Below, in pieces: positions 25,270-37,796 of a DNA stretch of 64,000 bases (position 1 is the first letter of the stretch; every line of letters begins with the position of its first letter). Under the pieces are notes generated by a model, which was not told where the DNA came from, searched no databases, and worked only from the letters and a program-made list of their open reading frames with translations. The stretch is from Hemiscyllium ocellatum (lineage: Eukaryota), in the NCBI RefSeq assembly GCF_020745735.1, contig NW_026867534.1:168982-232981 (forward strand), written 5' to 3'. The position numbers and the translations under genes were made by a program.

Positions 25270-26350
25270 GAATAAGTTTTTGTACATGTGTCCCTTAATT
25301 TATTTGACCTACTGCTTGGTGTGTTTGGTTTCCCTTTAATGTTTGTGTATGTGGTTATGAGAGTCTCTTACTTCACTCTTGCCCATGTTGGAGTCTGTGC
25401 ATGAATAAACATATTCCTGTTCCTTTACTGCTGGGGTGCTTGTGTGTTTGGGCACCGAAATTTTGGTCTTTTCACATTGTGTAAGCATCATCATGCTAAT
25501 ATGCCATTTTGTTGCTGCCTATGCTTATCTTGTAATGTCTTTGTGAGTGTTCACTTTTCATTAGTGCTATCTAAAATGTGCACTTATGTGTCTGTTTCAG
25601 GTCCTACCTAAACTAGGTTATTTTCATGTTTATGCTTAATAAATGTTAGCATGCAATGTTATGTTTTGATGGATGTTTATATTTATATGATGATGTTTGC
25701 TTGTGTGGCAATCTTTCCCAAACCATCTCCTGAGAAGCTTGTTTGTGTTACTGTGTGTGGATGCTTGCTGATGCTTGTGCCCATTCTCCTTATTTAATAA
25801 ACGCCCCTCTATTTGTTGATCTATGCACTTGTGTGTCTGCATGTGAGACTCTGAATTTGTGTGTACGTGTGACATTGTATACATGCTGATCAATGTGATT
25901 TAAAAATAACTAATTAAGCTGCCTCTGTCATCGTATGTTTGTGATTCTGAAAATGGGAAAATAATGATATTAATATTTATCTCTGTGCACTTACGTGCCT
26001 GTATGAGTTGACATGTGGGAGGACATTTTTCGGAATTTGTATCTGTGTGTTCATGCGTGTATGTCTGTACGCATTGTGCTGTATGAATGTATATGTATTC
26101 ATGCCCATTTGTGTGTTACCGTGTGTCTATATTTCTCATGGTTATGTGTGAGTACCCCTGTTCATTTGTGCAAATAATTTTCTTTCTGTGTATGTGAGTT
26201 TTTGTATGAGCTTAGGTGAGTGTTCAAGTACCACTTGCATGTGTGGCTCTGTGCGAGTATGCGTGTGTGACATCTTATCTATATGCACATTTGAGTGTGC
26301 ACATAAATATGTGTCTTGAGGTGAGAGCCCATATATGTGTCATTACGTGT
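25270..26350. repeat. Degenerate TG-rich (CA-rich on the IgM sense strand) low-complexity tract in the Cmu4-TM1 intron
   Basis: Dense TGTG/TATG/CATG runs over ~1.1 kb with no ORF or TE motif. Confidence 0.75.
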
Positions 26351-27503
26351 GAATTTGCGATCATCTCTCTGTATCTGTTCTTATACCAGACTGCAATTTT
26401 TATTATTCTAATTTATTGTTCTAATTTTAATGGATTGCCCATAATTAGATTTGACCTTGGTGTTGTAGGAAACATTTCCCATCATCGTGGAGAGATAAGC
26501 GTTTTATGAGCAACTCTTCTGTTGCAGTGATAGAATTTCTGTCTCTGAGAGAAAAGGCGTGAGTTCAAATCCCCACTGCCCCAGAGATAACATTTCTGAA
26601 TGTGTTTATTAGAAAATGTCTACTTGTGTTCTGCATGTGAAACAAAATGATATCAGGTATTCGAATACCAGAATTGATCCCATGTGCTCCAGAAAACTGA
26701 GACAAAACTATGGAATTCAAGCCGGGACGATGCAAACACCAGTTTTGGATTATGGGAATCGAATTTAATCATTTGTTAACAGAGCCAAGCGTGTCCAACA
26801 TGTTCCAAAGGTATTATTTTACATGGAAATGTTCAATCTTTGGACAGTAAGCAAGAAGTTGACTGTTCCTGTTAGTAACTGGGTTACATTACAGAGGACA
26901 TCGACCATGAAAACTCTGCACAGGGAGCAAGAGGACAGACCATTCATCGTTCCCCTCCCCTCTGCTCCACGACAACTTATCTGTCGATTCTCTTTGGTGT
27001 GAAAGTGAAGATACATTCTGTCAACTCATGCGCTGGCGCAAGATCCCTGGCAGTTCCCCAGAAACAAAGGTTACATTCAAACTGTTCTGCACTCTTTACG
27101 ATTGGTATGCTCCAATCAAATTTAATTTTAAAGTGTCTTAAATTTACATTTCCACTTGGTGCAATGTGGCAGTTGAAAACTGACATGAATTTTGTAAGAA
27201 TGCCCAATCAGGGGAATCAAGAACACCAAGTTCAAACCTCGTGCTCTATCCTTGACATAAAATGGACAGTGTCAGATTTTGTCACAGAGGGATATAGGAT
27301 GGATAATGGACTTGGCCGAATCCTGCAATGAGTGAGCTTTACACTGTCTCTGACCCAGGGTGTATCTGAGCAGAGAACATTAACTGCACAAGACACTTGT
27401 CCTAGACCTGTTAATAATCCACTTTAACTACACCGATGTAATGTAAGTCAGAGTGAGAAACAACTCATTCAGTATTTACCTCACAACTGGAGGGAAAAGA
27501 AAC

Positions 27504-27550
27504 TTTATTACTTCTGTTGAATTATTAAATGCAACTTTGAGATTTTTATT
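27504..27550 (-). terminator. Secreted-form poly(A) signals: AATAAA at 27550-27545 (overlapping the stop) and 27509-27504
   Basis: Two AATAAA hexamers immediately 3' of the tailpiece, followed by T-rich sequence. Confidence 0.7.
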
Positions 27551-27937
27551 GACATGAATTAACAGTGTCCATCAGTGCAAGTGAAATGTTTACGAAACTC
27601 GGTTTACCGCTGGATTTATCGACTGTTCTGTTGATGATCTTCAATGGAATCGCTTCATGTCCCACCACACAGGAGTAAGAAGCACCGCTGGCCCACTCCT
27701 CCGCTGTAATGGATAACAGGCTGTAGATGAAGAAGGAGGTGTTGTCACTCTCCGCCATCACCTCGGTGTTCTTGTAGTTACTGGGATTCACCTGCTTGTC
27801 ATTGTTTGTCCACTTGACGAAGATCTCTCGGGGGGAGAAACCTCTCACTAAACAGGTGAGGGAGAGAAATCTCTGAGCGGAGATTTCTTCTGTTGGTGGC
27901 AGGAGGACCGACACTGATGGCTCCAGCGGATTAATCA
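27546..27937 (-). CDS. IGHM: IgM Cmu4 plus secretory tailpiece ([20 protein letters not shown])
   Basis: CAG acceptor; [10 protein letters not shown]...YSCVVGHEA. Internal G/GTAAAC donor after 27608 for the membrane form. Tailpiece has the N-x-S sequon and the penultimate Cys diagnostic of mu. Confidence 0.97.
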
Positions 27938-28392
27938 CTGCAGAATATTTGAGACAAATATAAATCAACCAAAAACATCCTGAACCAATATCACAATTTC
28001 ACTAAATATTAAAATATGCCATTTTTAATTTGGGATTTATTCACTTTCCTTTTCTAAAGGAGCAGTATGGTACACATTCTGTTCAGTAAAAAAAGTAAAG
28101 TTTAATGTGAAAGTTGCCTCCATGTTTCCAGCCCACAACAAGGGCATTCTGTCCAACTGTCATTGCTGATGGTGACATCACAACCCAGGTTTCTTCCCAC
28201 CTTATCTGACTTAATCAGAATACAATATCCTTTGGTCCATCTTTTTCTTAATCAGCTACTTAGCTATCCTGCCTTCAGATGCATCATTAATGCTCCCAAC
28301 GGTGTTTGTTCAATACCAATCAAAGCCTGCCATTGATGTAACTGGATCTGGATTCCACATGGGATGCTTTGTGTTTTAATCTCACCGCTCAC

Positions 28393-28701
28393 CTTTCTCC
28401 TTGTGGATGGAGTCTCTCAGCGGAGTCGGTAGATTCTGATGGTACACCACACATTCAAAAGTAACGCCACTCAGCCAGGCTTCAGTAGAAATGTCTAATT
28501 TGCTGATCACGCTGTCGGGATTCTGTCCAGGCTGGTCAGCAATCTCGGATTTCAGAGACTTCTTTTCTTGTTTCCAGGTCACGTTGACTCCAGAAGGAAG
28601 ATTCGACACAACGCAGGTTAACGTCACCGTCGCCTCCAGTAAGACTTGTTCTACTGGCGGTGGGAGGATTTTAACGGTGTTAGGGTGGCACTCGGTATCT
28701 T
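28393..28701 (-). CDS. IGHM: IgM constant exon Cmu3
   Basis: 309 nt. TLTCVV...W...FECVVYH...LPTP, with an N-terminal Cys (EDTEC) for an inter-chain bond; GTGAGC donor. ORF track 28382..28750. Confidence 0.96.
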
Positions 28702-29699
28702 CTATGAAACAAAAATCAAAGTCAATGAAAAATGCCCCTTTATAATACAAACACCCAATCTTCAGATTACTTCTTCACAGGGTGAAGACACCACCTTCAA
28801 AATGGCAACTCCAACCATTGCTGAAACGATGCTTACTATTGTTGATGTATTTTGATTTGTGAAAGCATTTGTGATTACCTATGACATACCCTGTGTCATT
28901 ATTCCTAAAGAACACTGGCTTTGTAACAAGTGACACCTGTGAAAAAAGTAAAATCATCGAAGGTACCATTATGTAACCCATGGAATTACCTTTCTTTCAG
29001 AGTTTGTCTCTCACTTAAGACCATCTCTTGATACTTGTGACAAGAGTAATCAGAATATAATGAGCTCAATTCCGTGTTCATAACCCTTAGGTGCAAGTGC
29101 TGCTGGTCACGCTGACTGCCAAATCACAGCCCAAATTTCGGACAAATTATAATAAATAATAATTATTCTCTTTGCAGAGTTCTAAAGTGTTACAGGAGCG
29201 GTGAATATCCATGGAAATTCTGTTCATTATATTTAACGTGATCAAAAATACTTTGCGTTATTGGTGTGATGTCATTCTCTAATTTATGTCATTGTTCCTC
29301 GTGGGCTGAGTTTGGAGTAGATCTGAAAACAAGACACTGAGTACAGCATTGGATATCGAGAAGGACACCCATCTCCTTAAGTCGTTCCCTCCATTCAGTT
29401 CGTTCATGACTGGTCTGTACTTTCACTTTATTTACCAAGCTGCATTTTTAAAATTTCTTCATAGAGCAGGGGAGAAAAAAAACAAACAAAAGCATCTTAA
29501 ATTAATCTACAAACGCGATGGAAATGTACACTAATTTTAAAGACATCCACTACCCACTGTGTAAACATCACCACCCCAAACCAGGCTAAATCAGCCTGTC
29601 TCGAGTTCCTCGTTCATTCATCCCTATTGTAGCATTCTTACCAGAATTTATTCTCCTCACTCATCCACTACTTACAGAGAGCATCTTACAGAAGCTCAG

Positions 29700-29790
29700 T
29701 GAGATCAGAATGATGCTGGAAAAGCACAGCAGGTCAGGCAGCATCCAACGAGCAGGAAAATCGACGTTTCGGGCTAAAGCCATTCTACTG
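29700..29790 (-). mobile_element. PLE-derived insert in the Cmu2-Cmu3 intron, hammerhead 5' core missing
   Basis: GCTGGAAAAGCACAGCAGGTCAGGCAGCATCC...AATCGACGTTTCGGGC. Confidence 0.75.
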
Positions 29791-30399
29791 TCTTCTCCCC
29801 ACACTAACCAAGAGCCGAACTATCTCTGGCTTGAATATACACAATGGCCTGGTCTCCACAGCCCTCTGCAGCAACAAGTTCCACAGATTCATCACCCTCT
29901 GGCTGAAGAAATTCCTCCCCATCTCAGTTCTAAACGGTGCCCCTTTGACCCTGAGACTGTGCCCTTGGGTCCTAGTCTCGCCTCCCAGTCAAAACATCTA
30001 TTCCACGTTCACTCGACCTCAGTCTCTCAGTATTTTTTATGTTTCAATTAGATATCTCTCCAATATCCCCCCTCCACCCCCAAACTTATCCTTGAAGCCA
30101 CTACCAGGCAAGGATTCAGCACTCTGAATGCCTCTCCCAGCAAGGTCAGGCAACAAACTATTTAACAAAGCTCACTGTCTATATATCTATCTTCAACAGA
30201 GAGGAAACATGCTTTTCTGACTTGCCAAAATGTTGAATTATGAGCAATGCTAATGTAACAATCAAACTGAAATGAGATACGTGACATGTTGGGAAACGAG
30301 AAGCTGTACCTTGCTGTTTACTACGCCTGATAAATTAGTGTGTTTGATTCACATCAGAGTTCAGAGTGATTTGTAGCTCTCTCAGTATGTGTCTCTTAC

Positions 30400-30711
30400 C
30401 CTGGAGTGCGGTGATGTTTTTACTTTGAATGTTGTCTTCATGAGTGACCTGGCAGGTATAGACTACGCTGTTGTACCATTCACCATAAGGGACCATCAGC
30501 CGACTCGTCACCGAGAAGTTCCCGTTCGCCTCACACACGGGAGACGTGAAGAAGCCAGAATCCAAGAGTCGGCCATTTTTCAACCAACTCACGGAGATTG
30601 ACTTCGGATGGAAATCGATGATTGAACAGACAATGGTTGCAAACTTGCTGCTTGCGATTTCTTCACTGGAGCTCACAGTTAGGAGAAGAGTTGGTGGGAG
30701 AGGACCTGTAC
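30400..30711 (-). CDS. IGHM: IgM constant exon Cmu2
   Basis: 312 nt (306 nt if the second acceptor is used). ATIVC...SWLKNG...YTCQVTH; GTAAGA donor. ORF track 30335..30724. Confidence 0.96.
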
Positions 30712-30929
30712 CTTTAGGAAACACATCGCATAAATTATCTGATCAATTTCATAACAAATACAATCAGTTCTCATATATCAAGGTTTCTTGTGGTTAATGG
30801 ATACAAGAATCATAATTGTGCAGAGTGCTGGAGAAGCTGGGATCCACACAGAAAGATCCGCAGGACAATGTGAAAGGCTAAAATTATAGGGCACAGCAAG
30901 GGAGTCAAGGAGGCATAGAAACGATAGGC

Positions 30930-33900
30930 CGGTAACATCAGAAGGGAGATAGCAATGTTGGATGGTAATCGTTTTAATGACAGAGTCTGATGAACAAGGC
31001 AGATGAAATACCGCCATAAATGAGGAAATGATGCGGTTGCTATCATGGAGACATATTGAGAGTGGGGCAGGAGTGGCTATTCAATATTCCAGGATTTAGT
31101 GCCTTCAGGCGAGACAGGGAAAGATGGAAAAGGATGGAGGCGGGGGTTTGCGGCACAGAATGTTGCTTCTGTCGCAATTCTGACAAGAGTATTTTAGGCT
31201 GTAAAGAGAAATGAAATCATGGATACCTCCTTGAACAAAGGCAAATGGACAGTACTTCAAAACCAAAATACAGCAAACATAACTACTGGGAGAGCACGAG
31301 AGACCTTACTATAGGTCCAAAAGACCAAGGGCAAAGACATGGGCAAATTTCAGAGAAATGTAAATTAAATAGGGGATTGAGAAAAGAGGTTTTTGACTTC
31401 CTCAGAATAGGCTTGGATATTCATTGTGTCAAAAGTTGAGAGGGAGCACAATTCTGAAAATGCCCCCAGGAGAATATTTTAACAAAGTATGTGTTAATAC
31501 AGAGAATTTTAATCCAGACCTTGCAAAAAAGGGGTGAACCTGGACTTAACTTTTGGAAATGAAGTCGACCCAGTGGGTAAAACATCAATGGTGGTGCACT
31601 TTGCAGACAGTGATCGTAAATCAGTTGGATTTCAGATTGTACTGCAAAGGAATAGAAATTGGCCCAAAGTTATGAAAAGGGGAAGGACAATTTTAGTAAG
31701 ATCAGGTAATGACTTAACCAGAGTGGACTGGAAGCTGACACTTATTGGTAAATCTGAGTCAGAGCAGTGTGACACATTTAAGAAAGAGGAAAATCACAGG
31801 GACGACATTTCCCAGGAAGCCACTGAATAGGACCAAGAATGTAGCGGGCTCTGGACACCAAAGGGCATGGAGGGTGAGATAAAGAGAAACAAGGGAGGCT
31901 TCCGGTCTATACTGAAATCTCAGAACAATAGAAATTAGTCTGGAGTACAGAACATGCAAGGGGGAGTTTGAAAGACAAAGGAATTAGAAGAGCAAATGGG
32001 ACCATGAGAAAATAATAGCAGTCAAAATAAAGGAAAATATTTTTAAAAGTTACAGGTTCATTCATAATAAAAGAATGATTTGGGAAACAGTAATGCCCAT
32101 TAAGTGTTATTATTGGAGTGGAGTCGGAGGATTAGATTAGATTAGATTAGACTTACAGTGTGGAAACAGGCCCTTCGGCCCAACAAGTCCACACCGACCC
32201 GCCAAAGCGCAACCCACCCATACCCCTACATTTACCCCTTACCTAACACTACGGGCAATTTAGCATGGCCAATTCACCTGACCCGCACATCTTTGGACAG
32301 TGGGAGGAAACCGGAGAACCCGGAGGAAACCCACGCAGACACGGCGAGAACGTGCAAACTCCACACAGTCAGTCGCCTGAGTCGGGAATTGAACCCGGGT
32401 CTCAGGCGCTGTGAGGCAGCAGTGCTAACCACTGTGCCACCATGCCGCCCACAAATTTAGGTTGTGGTCAAAACGAATGTGTTGCTTCGGTGTTCACTAG
32501 TAAGACGGACAATGTGGGGACAGAAATCATGGAGGGGTGTTGTGATGTACTTTCAGAAATTAGGACACATGACGTGATGTTCTGTGTTGTCTTGCTGAAT
32601 GAAAAGTGGTTATATTTCCAGGGCAGATGAAGAGTATACCAAGCGGTTGAGTGATGCAAAGGATGAAATAGTTGGGTCGCTGACAATAATTTAGAATTAC
32701 TGTCTGGCCACAGCAGTTGTGCCAAGTGAGTGTAGATCAGCCAATGTTGCACTGTTACGCAGGACAAAGGAAGGGATAAATAATGAAAACACAGATCTGT
32801 CAAGCTAGTCTCAGTGGTAGGGAAACTATTGAAAAGTGAAATTAGTCTTCATTTGGAAGATAAATCAACAATTTTCAGCACGGTTTTGTTGAGAGAAAGT
32901 CATGTGTAACAATTTGATAGTAGTTTTCAGAGAGATAACTCGATGTCCAGATGATAGCAATAATCAGAGCCAATGGGATCCGAGTTATTTTGACAGATTG
33001 GATCTCGAACTGGCTGAGTGATGGGAGCAGGGGATAATAGTCATCGGGTGTCTGCGTGACTGGAAATCTATGTCTCCTGGTGTTCTGTAGGGATTGGTGT
33101 TGATTTCCTTGCTATTTCTCTTACATACCAATGATTGAGACTCAAATTTAGGAGGATTAACCAGTGAATTCACAGATGAAATGAAAACTGTCATGTTGGT
33201 AAGTCATGAGCATTATGGCTTTAGATTGCAGGAGGATATAAAAGGGTTGGTTGTATGTGAAGAGAAGTTGCAAATGGAAATTATTCTGGATAAATGTAAG
33301 GTGATGGAATTCGGCAGAAGAATCTGTGAGGTATGACATTTTGAATGGTGGAACCCTAGAAAGGCCTGAGGATCTTTGGTGCATGTACCCACCGATCCCC
33401 TATAGTACTGTGTCGTCTGGATAAAGAGACTAAGAAGGTGGGAGGATATTTGCTTTTATTAGCCTAGACATTGACAATGAAGAATAGGGAGATGATACTG
33501 GAACTTAATAGAACACTGGTTAGGCCATACTGAAGCGTTGTGTGCATGTTATCGAAGGAATGTGATTACACTGAAGGCAGTATTGATTAGATTTGCCAGG
33601 ATCTTGCCTGGGTTGGAGGGTTTTAGTTATGAAACTAGATGAGATAGACAGGGGTTTTCCATGGAGCAGAGGAGAATTAGGGAGAAGATTATCATGATGT
33701 CTAGAATTATTTTAGGCATAGACTGGGTAAACTGGATGAAACCTTTCCCCTTGATGGAGAGATCAATGCCTCAGGGGCACAGGGTGAAGGTAAGGCCAGG
33801 AGGTTCCAAGTGGATCTCAGGGGAAAACAAAATCAAACAGAGGGTGGTGTTAGCCTGGAGCTCAGCACCTATAAGTCATGTAGAAACTGAGCCCCTCATA

Positions 33901-34065
33901 ATAAGTATGAAGTATTGAGATACATCCTTGCAAGGGCAAGTCACACAAGGCAATGGATCATGTGCTGGCACATGAGACTGGAATAGTTAGGTGGCTATTA
34001 TTGATAGGCGTAAACTGGATGGATCAAAGGGCCTTTTTCCTGTGCTGTATAAGGTGATTCTGTGA
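30930..34065 (+). mobile_element. Old CR1 LINE spanning most of the Cmu1-Cmu2 intron (antisense to IgM), interrupted by a SINE
   Basis: Endonuclease (LNIPGF...DRE), LDLTFGNEV, RT remnants, and a 3' UTR ending ~75 bp from the Cmu1 donor. Confidence 0.75.
32131..32450 (-). mobile_element. Young HE1-type SINE with (TCTAA)n tail in the Cmu1-Cmu2 intron
   Basis: Near-identical to 51127-51435; A and B boxes intact. Confidence 0.92.
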
Positions 34066-34138
34066 AAATGGTTATAAATAATGCCTTATTCATATTAATC
34101 CCAGATGCTCTGTTTATCTCAGTTCCCACAATACGTAC

Positions 34139-34447
34139 CACATGGCATTTCTTTGCTCTTGTGTGAGTGTGACCCGCTGTGGTCAACCTCACAGTAGATT
34201 TTGCTGGGGCAATCTACCGCTGACCCAGGCAGGGTTAACTGGCTGCTCAGGGTGTAGGTTCCCTTCTTGTTTCTCACTGATGGGTAAGTCTTCAATCCAT
34301 CTGTGATTAGCTCCCCACCTTTCTTCCAGGTTACCTTGGTGACGTCAGGAGAATAGTCCATCACCAAACAGCCAAAGATTGTCGAATCGGTGTTGTGCTC
34401 CTCACAGGAGGAGACCAGGCCATATAGCGTGGGGGGAGATGGTGTCT
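34139..34447 (-). CDS. IGHM: IgM constant exon Cmu1 ([15 protein letters not shown]...GCL...W...YCEV...KEMPC)
   Basis: 309 nt, TAG acceptor and GTACGT donor, phase 1/1. C1-set Cys/Trp/Cys present. ORF track 34119..34367. Confidence 0.96.
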
Positions 34448-34782
34448 CTACAATAGAATGACCAATTGAGCATGTTAGTTTCTGTTAATTTGACCTTATC
34501 AGTTACTCAAATGTATCCTCAGCTGGAAACGTTTGCCAGTATGCTCCCGCTGAAGTCTACAGCATAACTGGAGTTTATTGTTGTTTCCTACCAGTTGCTG
34601 ATCATGATCATTGGTTCCCTCTTTAGAAACATGCCCTTGACCTTGACCATTGCCATATCATTTAGGAAGAAGAACATCCTGATCCCACCCCAGGAACTGT
34701 TTGAAGATCTCACCAACTGACACTTTCATTGGATTGCTGTGAAGAGCAGAGAAGTTTCACAAAATACAAACCAAGGAAATGC

Positions 34783-35107
34783 AGATTCATCGAAATTCTA
34801 CAGTGTGTGCAAACAGGCCATTTGGCCCAACAAGTCCACACCCACCCTCTGAAAAGAAACACATCCAGACCCATTCCCCTACCCTATTATGCTACAGTTA
34901 ACTCTGACTAATGCACCTAACCTCCCAATCACTGAACACAATATTTGCAATTCCCCCAGCTTGTACATCTTTGGACTGTGGAAGAAAATGCAGACAGATA
35001 TGGGGAGGAAGTGCCAACTCCACACAGACAGTCACCCGAGCCTGGAATGGAACCCGAGTCCCTAGCACTGTGAGGCAGCAGCGCTAACCACGGAACCAGC
35101 GTGCTGC
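34783..35107 (-). mobile_element. HE1-type SINE
   Basis: Same head and tail motifs, more diverged. Confidence 0.85.
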
Positions 35108-35307
35108 ACTACTAGGTACCCTGCTGCTGGAAATACCCAACAGCTGGCAGTACCCCCGGAGAGAAATCAGAGTGAATCATAGAACATAGAACAGTACAGC
35201 GCAGTACAGGCCTTTTGACCCTCCATGTTGCGCTGCTCTGACATACTAATATGAAGCCCATCCCACCTACACTATTCCATGTACATCCTTATGCCTGTCC
35301 AATGACA

Positions 35308-36478
35308 GGCAAGTGGATGAGGGTAAAGCAGTAGATGTTGTGTATATGGATTTTAGTAAGGCGTTCGATAAGGTTCCCCATGGTAGGCTAATGCTAAAAC
35401 TTCGGAGGTATGGCATTGAGGATACATTAGAGGTTTGGATTAGGAATGGCTGGCTGGAAGGAGACAGAGGGTAGTAGTTGATGGATTATGTTCATCTTGG
35501 AGCGCAGTTACTAGCGGTGTACCACAAGGATCTGTTTTGGGACCATTGCTTTTTGTTATCTTTATAAATGATCTAGAGAAGGACTTGAAAGCTGGGTAAG
35601 CAAGTTTGCGGATGACACAAAAGTCGGTGGAGTTGTGGATAGTGAGGAAGGAAGTGGTAGGTTACAGCGGGATATAGATAAGTTGCAGAGCTGGGCGGAA
35701 ATGTGGCAAATGGAATTCAATGTAGCTAAGTGCGAAGTCGTTCACTTTGGTAGGAATAACAAGATGATGGATTACTGGGCTAATGGTAGGCTACTTGGTA
35801 GTGTGGATGAGCAGAGGGATCTTGGTGTCCATGTACACAGATCTCTGAAAGTTGCCACCCAGGTAAATAGTGCTGTGAGGAAGGCATATGGTGTACTGGG
35901 CTTTATTGGCAGAGGAATTGAGTTCCGGAGTCCTGAGGTCATGTTGCAGTTGTATAAGACTCTGGTGCGGCCTCATCTGGAGTATTGTGTGCAGTCGCCA
36001 TACTATAGGAAGGATGTGGAAGCTTTAGAACGAGTGCAGAGGAGGTTTACCAGGATGTTGCCTGGAATGGTAGGAAATCTTATGAGGAAAGGCTGAGGCA
36101 CTTGGGGCTGTTCTCATTGAGAAGAGAAGGTTTAGGGGAGATCTGATAGAAGTGTATAAGATGATTAGGGGTTTAGATAGGGTAGATACTAAGAACCTTT
36201 TACCGCTAATGGAGTCAGGTGTTACTAGGGGACATAGCTTTAAATTAAGGGGTGGTAGGTATAGGACAGAGGTTAGGGGTAGATTCTTCACACAGCGGGT
36301 TGTGAGTTCATGGAATGCCCTGCCCGTATCAGTGGTGAACTCTCCTTCATGGTCATTTAAGCGGGCATTGGATAGGCATTTGGAAGTTATTGGGCTAGTA
36401 TAGGTTAGGTAGGATTCGGTCGGCGCAACATCGAGGGCGAAGGGCCTGTACTGCGCTGTATCCTTCTATGTTCTATGT
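35308..36478 (+). mobile_element. Young 5'-truncated CR1 nested in an older reverse CR1 3' end
   Basis: ORF 35635..36096 (LQRDIDKLQSW..WQMEFNVAKC...ERVQRRFTRMLP), TTCTATG tail, AATGACA on both sides. Confidence 0.9.
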
Positions 36479-37109
36479 AATGACAACTTAAATGTACTTA
36501 AACTTGGCAAATCTACTACCGTTGCAGGCAAAGCATTCCATACCCTTACTACACAATCAGTAAAGAAACTACCTCTGCCATCTGTCTTATACCTATCTCC
36601 CCTCACTTTAAAGTTGTGTCCCCTCGTGTTTGCCGTCCCCATACTTGGAAATCAGGTCCAGTGAGCCTTCCTCACTTATCACTGCAAGGCAGAATGTTCT
36701 CTCTGGGAGGAAGGTCACTGCAGCAGCAGCAGCACAGGCAGGAGCTGAGCACTGGGACGGGGAGGATGGCTGTCACGGCTGAACTCAGGCCAATTGGCTG
36801 GAAGTTGAAACATCTCATTTACAATGATCTGAATTCTGGAAGCCTCTGAAAAATGGAGAACCATTAAGGTTCAGACACTTTGGACTGTTACAGCTGAGTA
36901 TTTACGTAAATATGATTTGAGAAATGAACAAGTAATCTTTAACTTTAATAACTATCAAATTGATACGCAGTTCACCACCAAACCTCATCTCTCAGACTAA
37001 CCACTGCACTTACTCTGCCTAGACCTAAATTTCCACTCACATTGGCAAACCCTACCCTGCTATACACCCATTCATGCCCAGAACACACAAGCCCTATCAC
37101 ACAAAACAC

Positions 37110-37796
37110 ATCCAAGGCAATCCATATTGGTAGTGTAGCTGAGTAGAGAGATCTCGGTGCCCATGTACATAGATCCCTAAAAGTTGCCAGCCAGTTTGAT
37201 AGAGTTGTTAAGAAGGCATACTTTGTGCTGGCTTTCATCGATAGAGGGACTGAGTTTCAGAACCATGAGGTTAGGTTGCAGCTGTACAAAACTCTGGTGT
37301 GGCTGCACTTGGAGTATTGTGTACTGTTCTGGTCACCACATTATAGAGAGAATGTGGAAGCTTTGGAAGAGTTCAGAGGAGGTTTTCCAGGATGTTGTTT
37401 GGTATGGCGGGAAGGTTTAATGAGGAAAGGATGAGGGTCTTGAAGCTGTTTTTGTTTGAGAGAAGAAGGTTGAGAGGTGACTTAATTGAGACATAAAAGA
37501 TAAACAGAGGGTGGTCAGTGAAAGTCTTTTTCCTTGAATAGTGATGGCTAGCAGGAGAGGGCATAGATGTCAGAGGTTGTTTCTTTACTCAGAGAGTAGT
37601 AGGGCCATGGAACACACTGCCTGCAACAATAGTACACTCGCCAACTTTAAGGGCATTTAAAAGATCATTGGATAAACATATGGATGAAAATGGAATAGTG
37701 TAGGATAGATAGGCTTCAGATTGGTTCCACAGGTCAGCGCAACATTGAGGGCTTGAAGGGCCTGTACTGCACTGTAATGTTCTATATTCTATATTC
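37110..37796 (+). mobile_element. CR1 LINE 3' fragment
   Basis: ORF 37225..37434: LAFIDRGTEF..RLQLYKTLV..HLEYC; TTCTAT tail. Confidence 0.85.

Noticed and set aside
28491-30797. Plus-strand ORFs 28491..28745, 30389..30601 and 30546..30797
   Set aside because: Antisense shadows of the Cmu3 and Cmu2 exons with no independent features.
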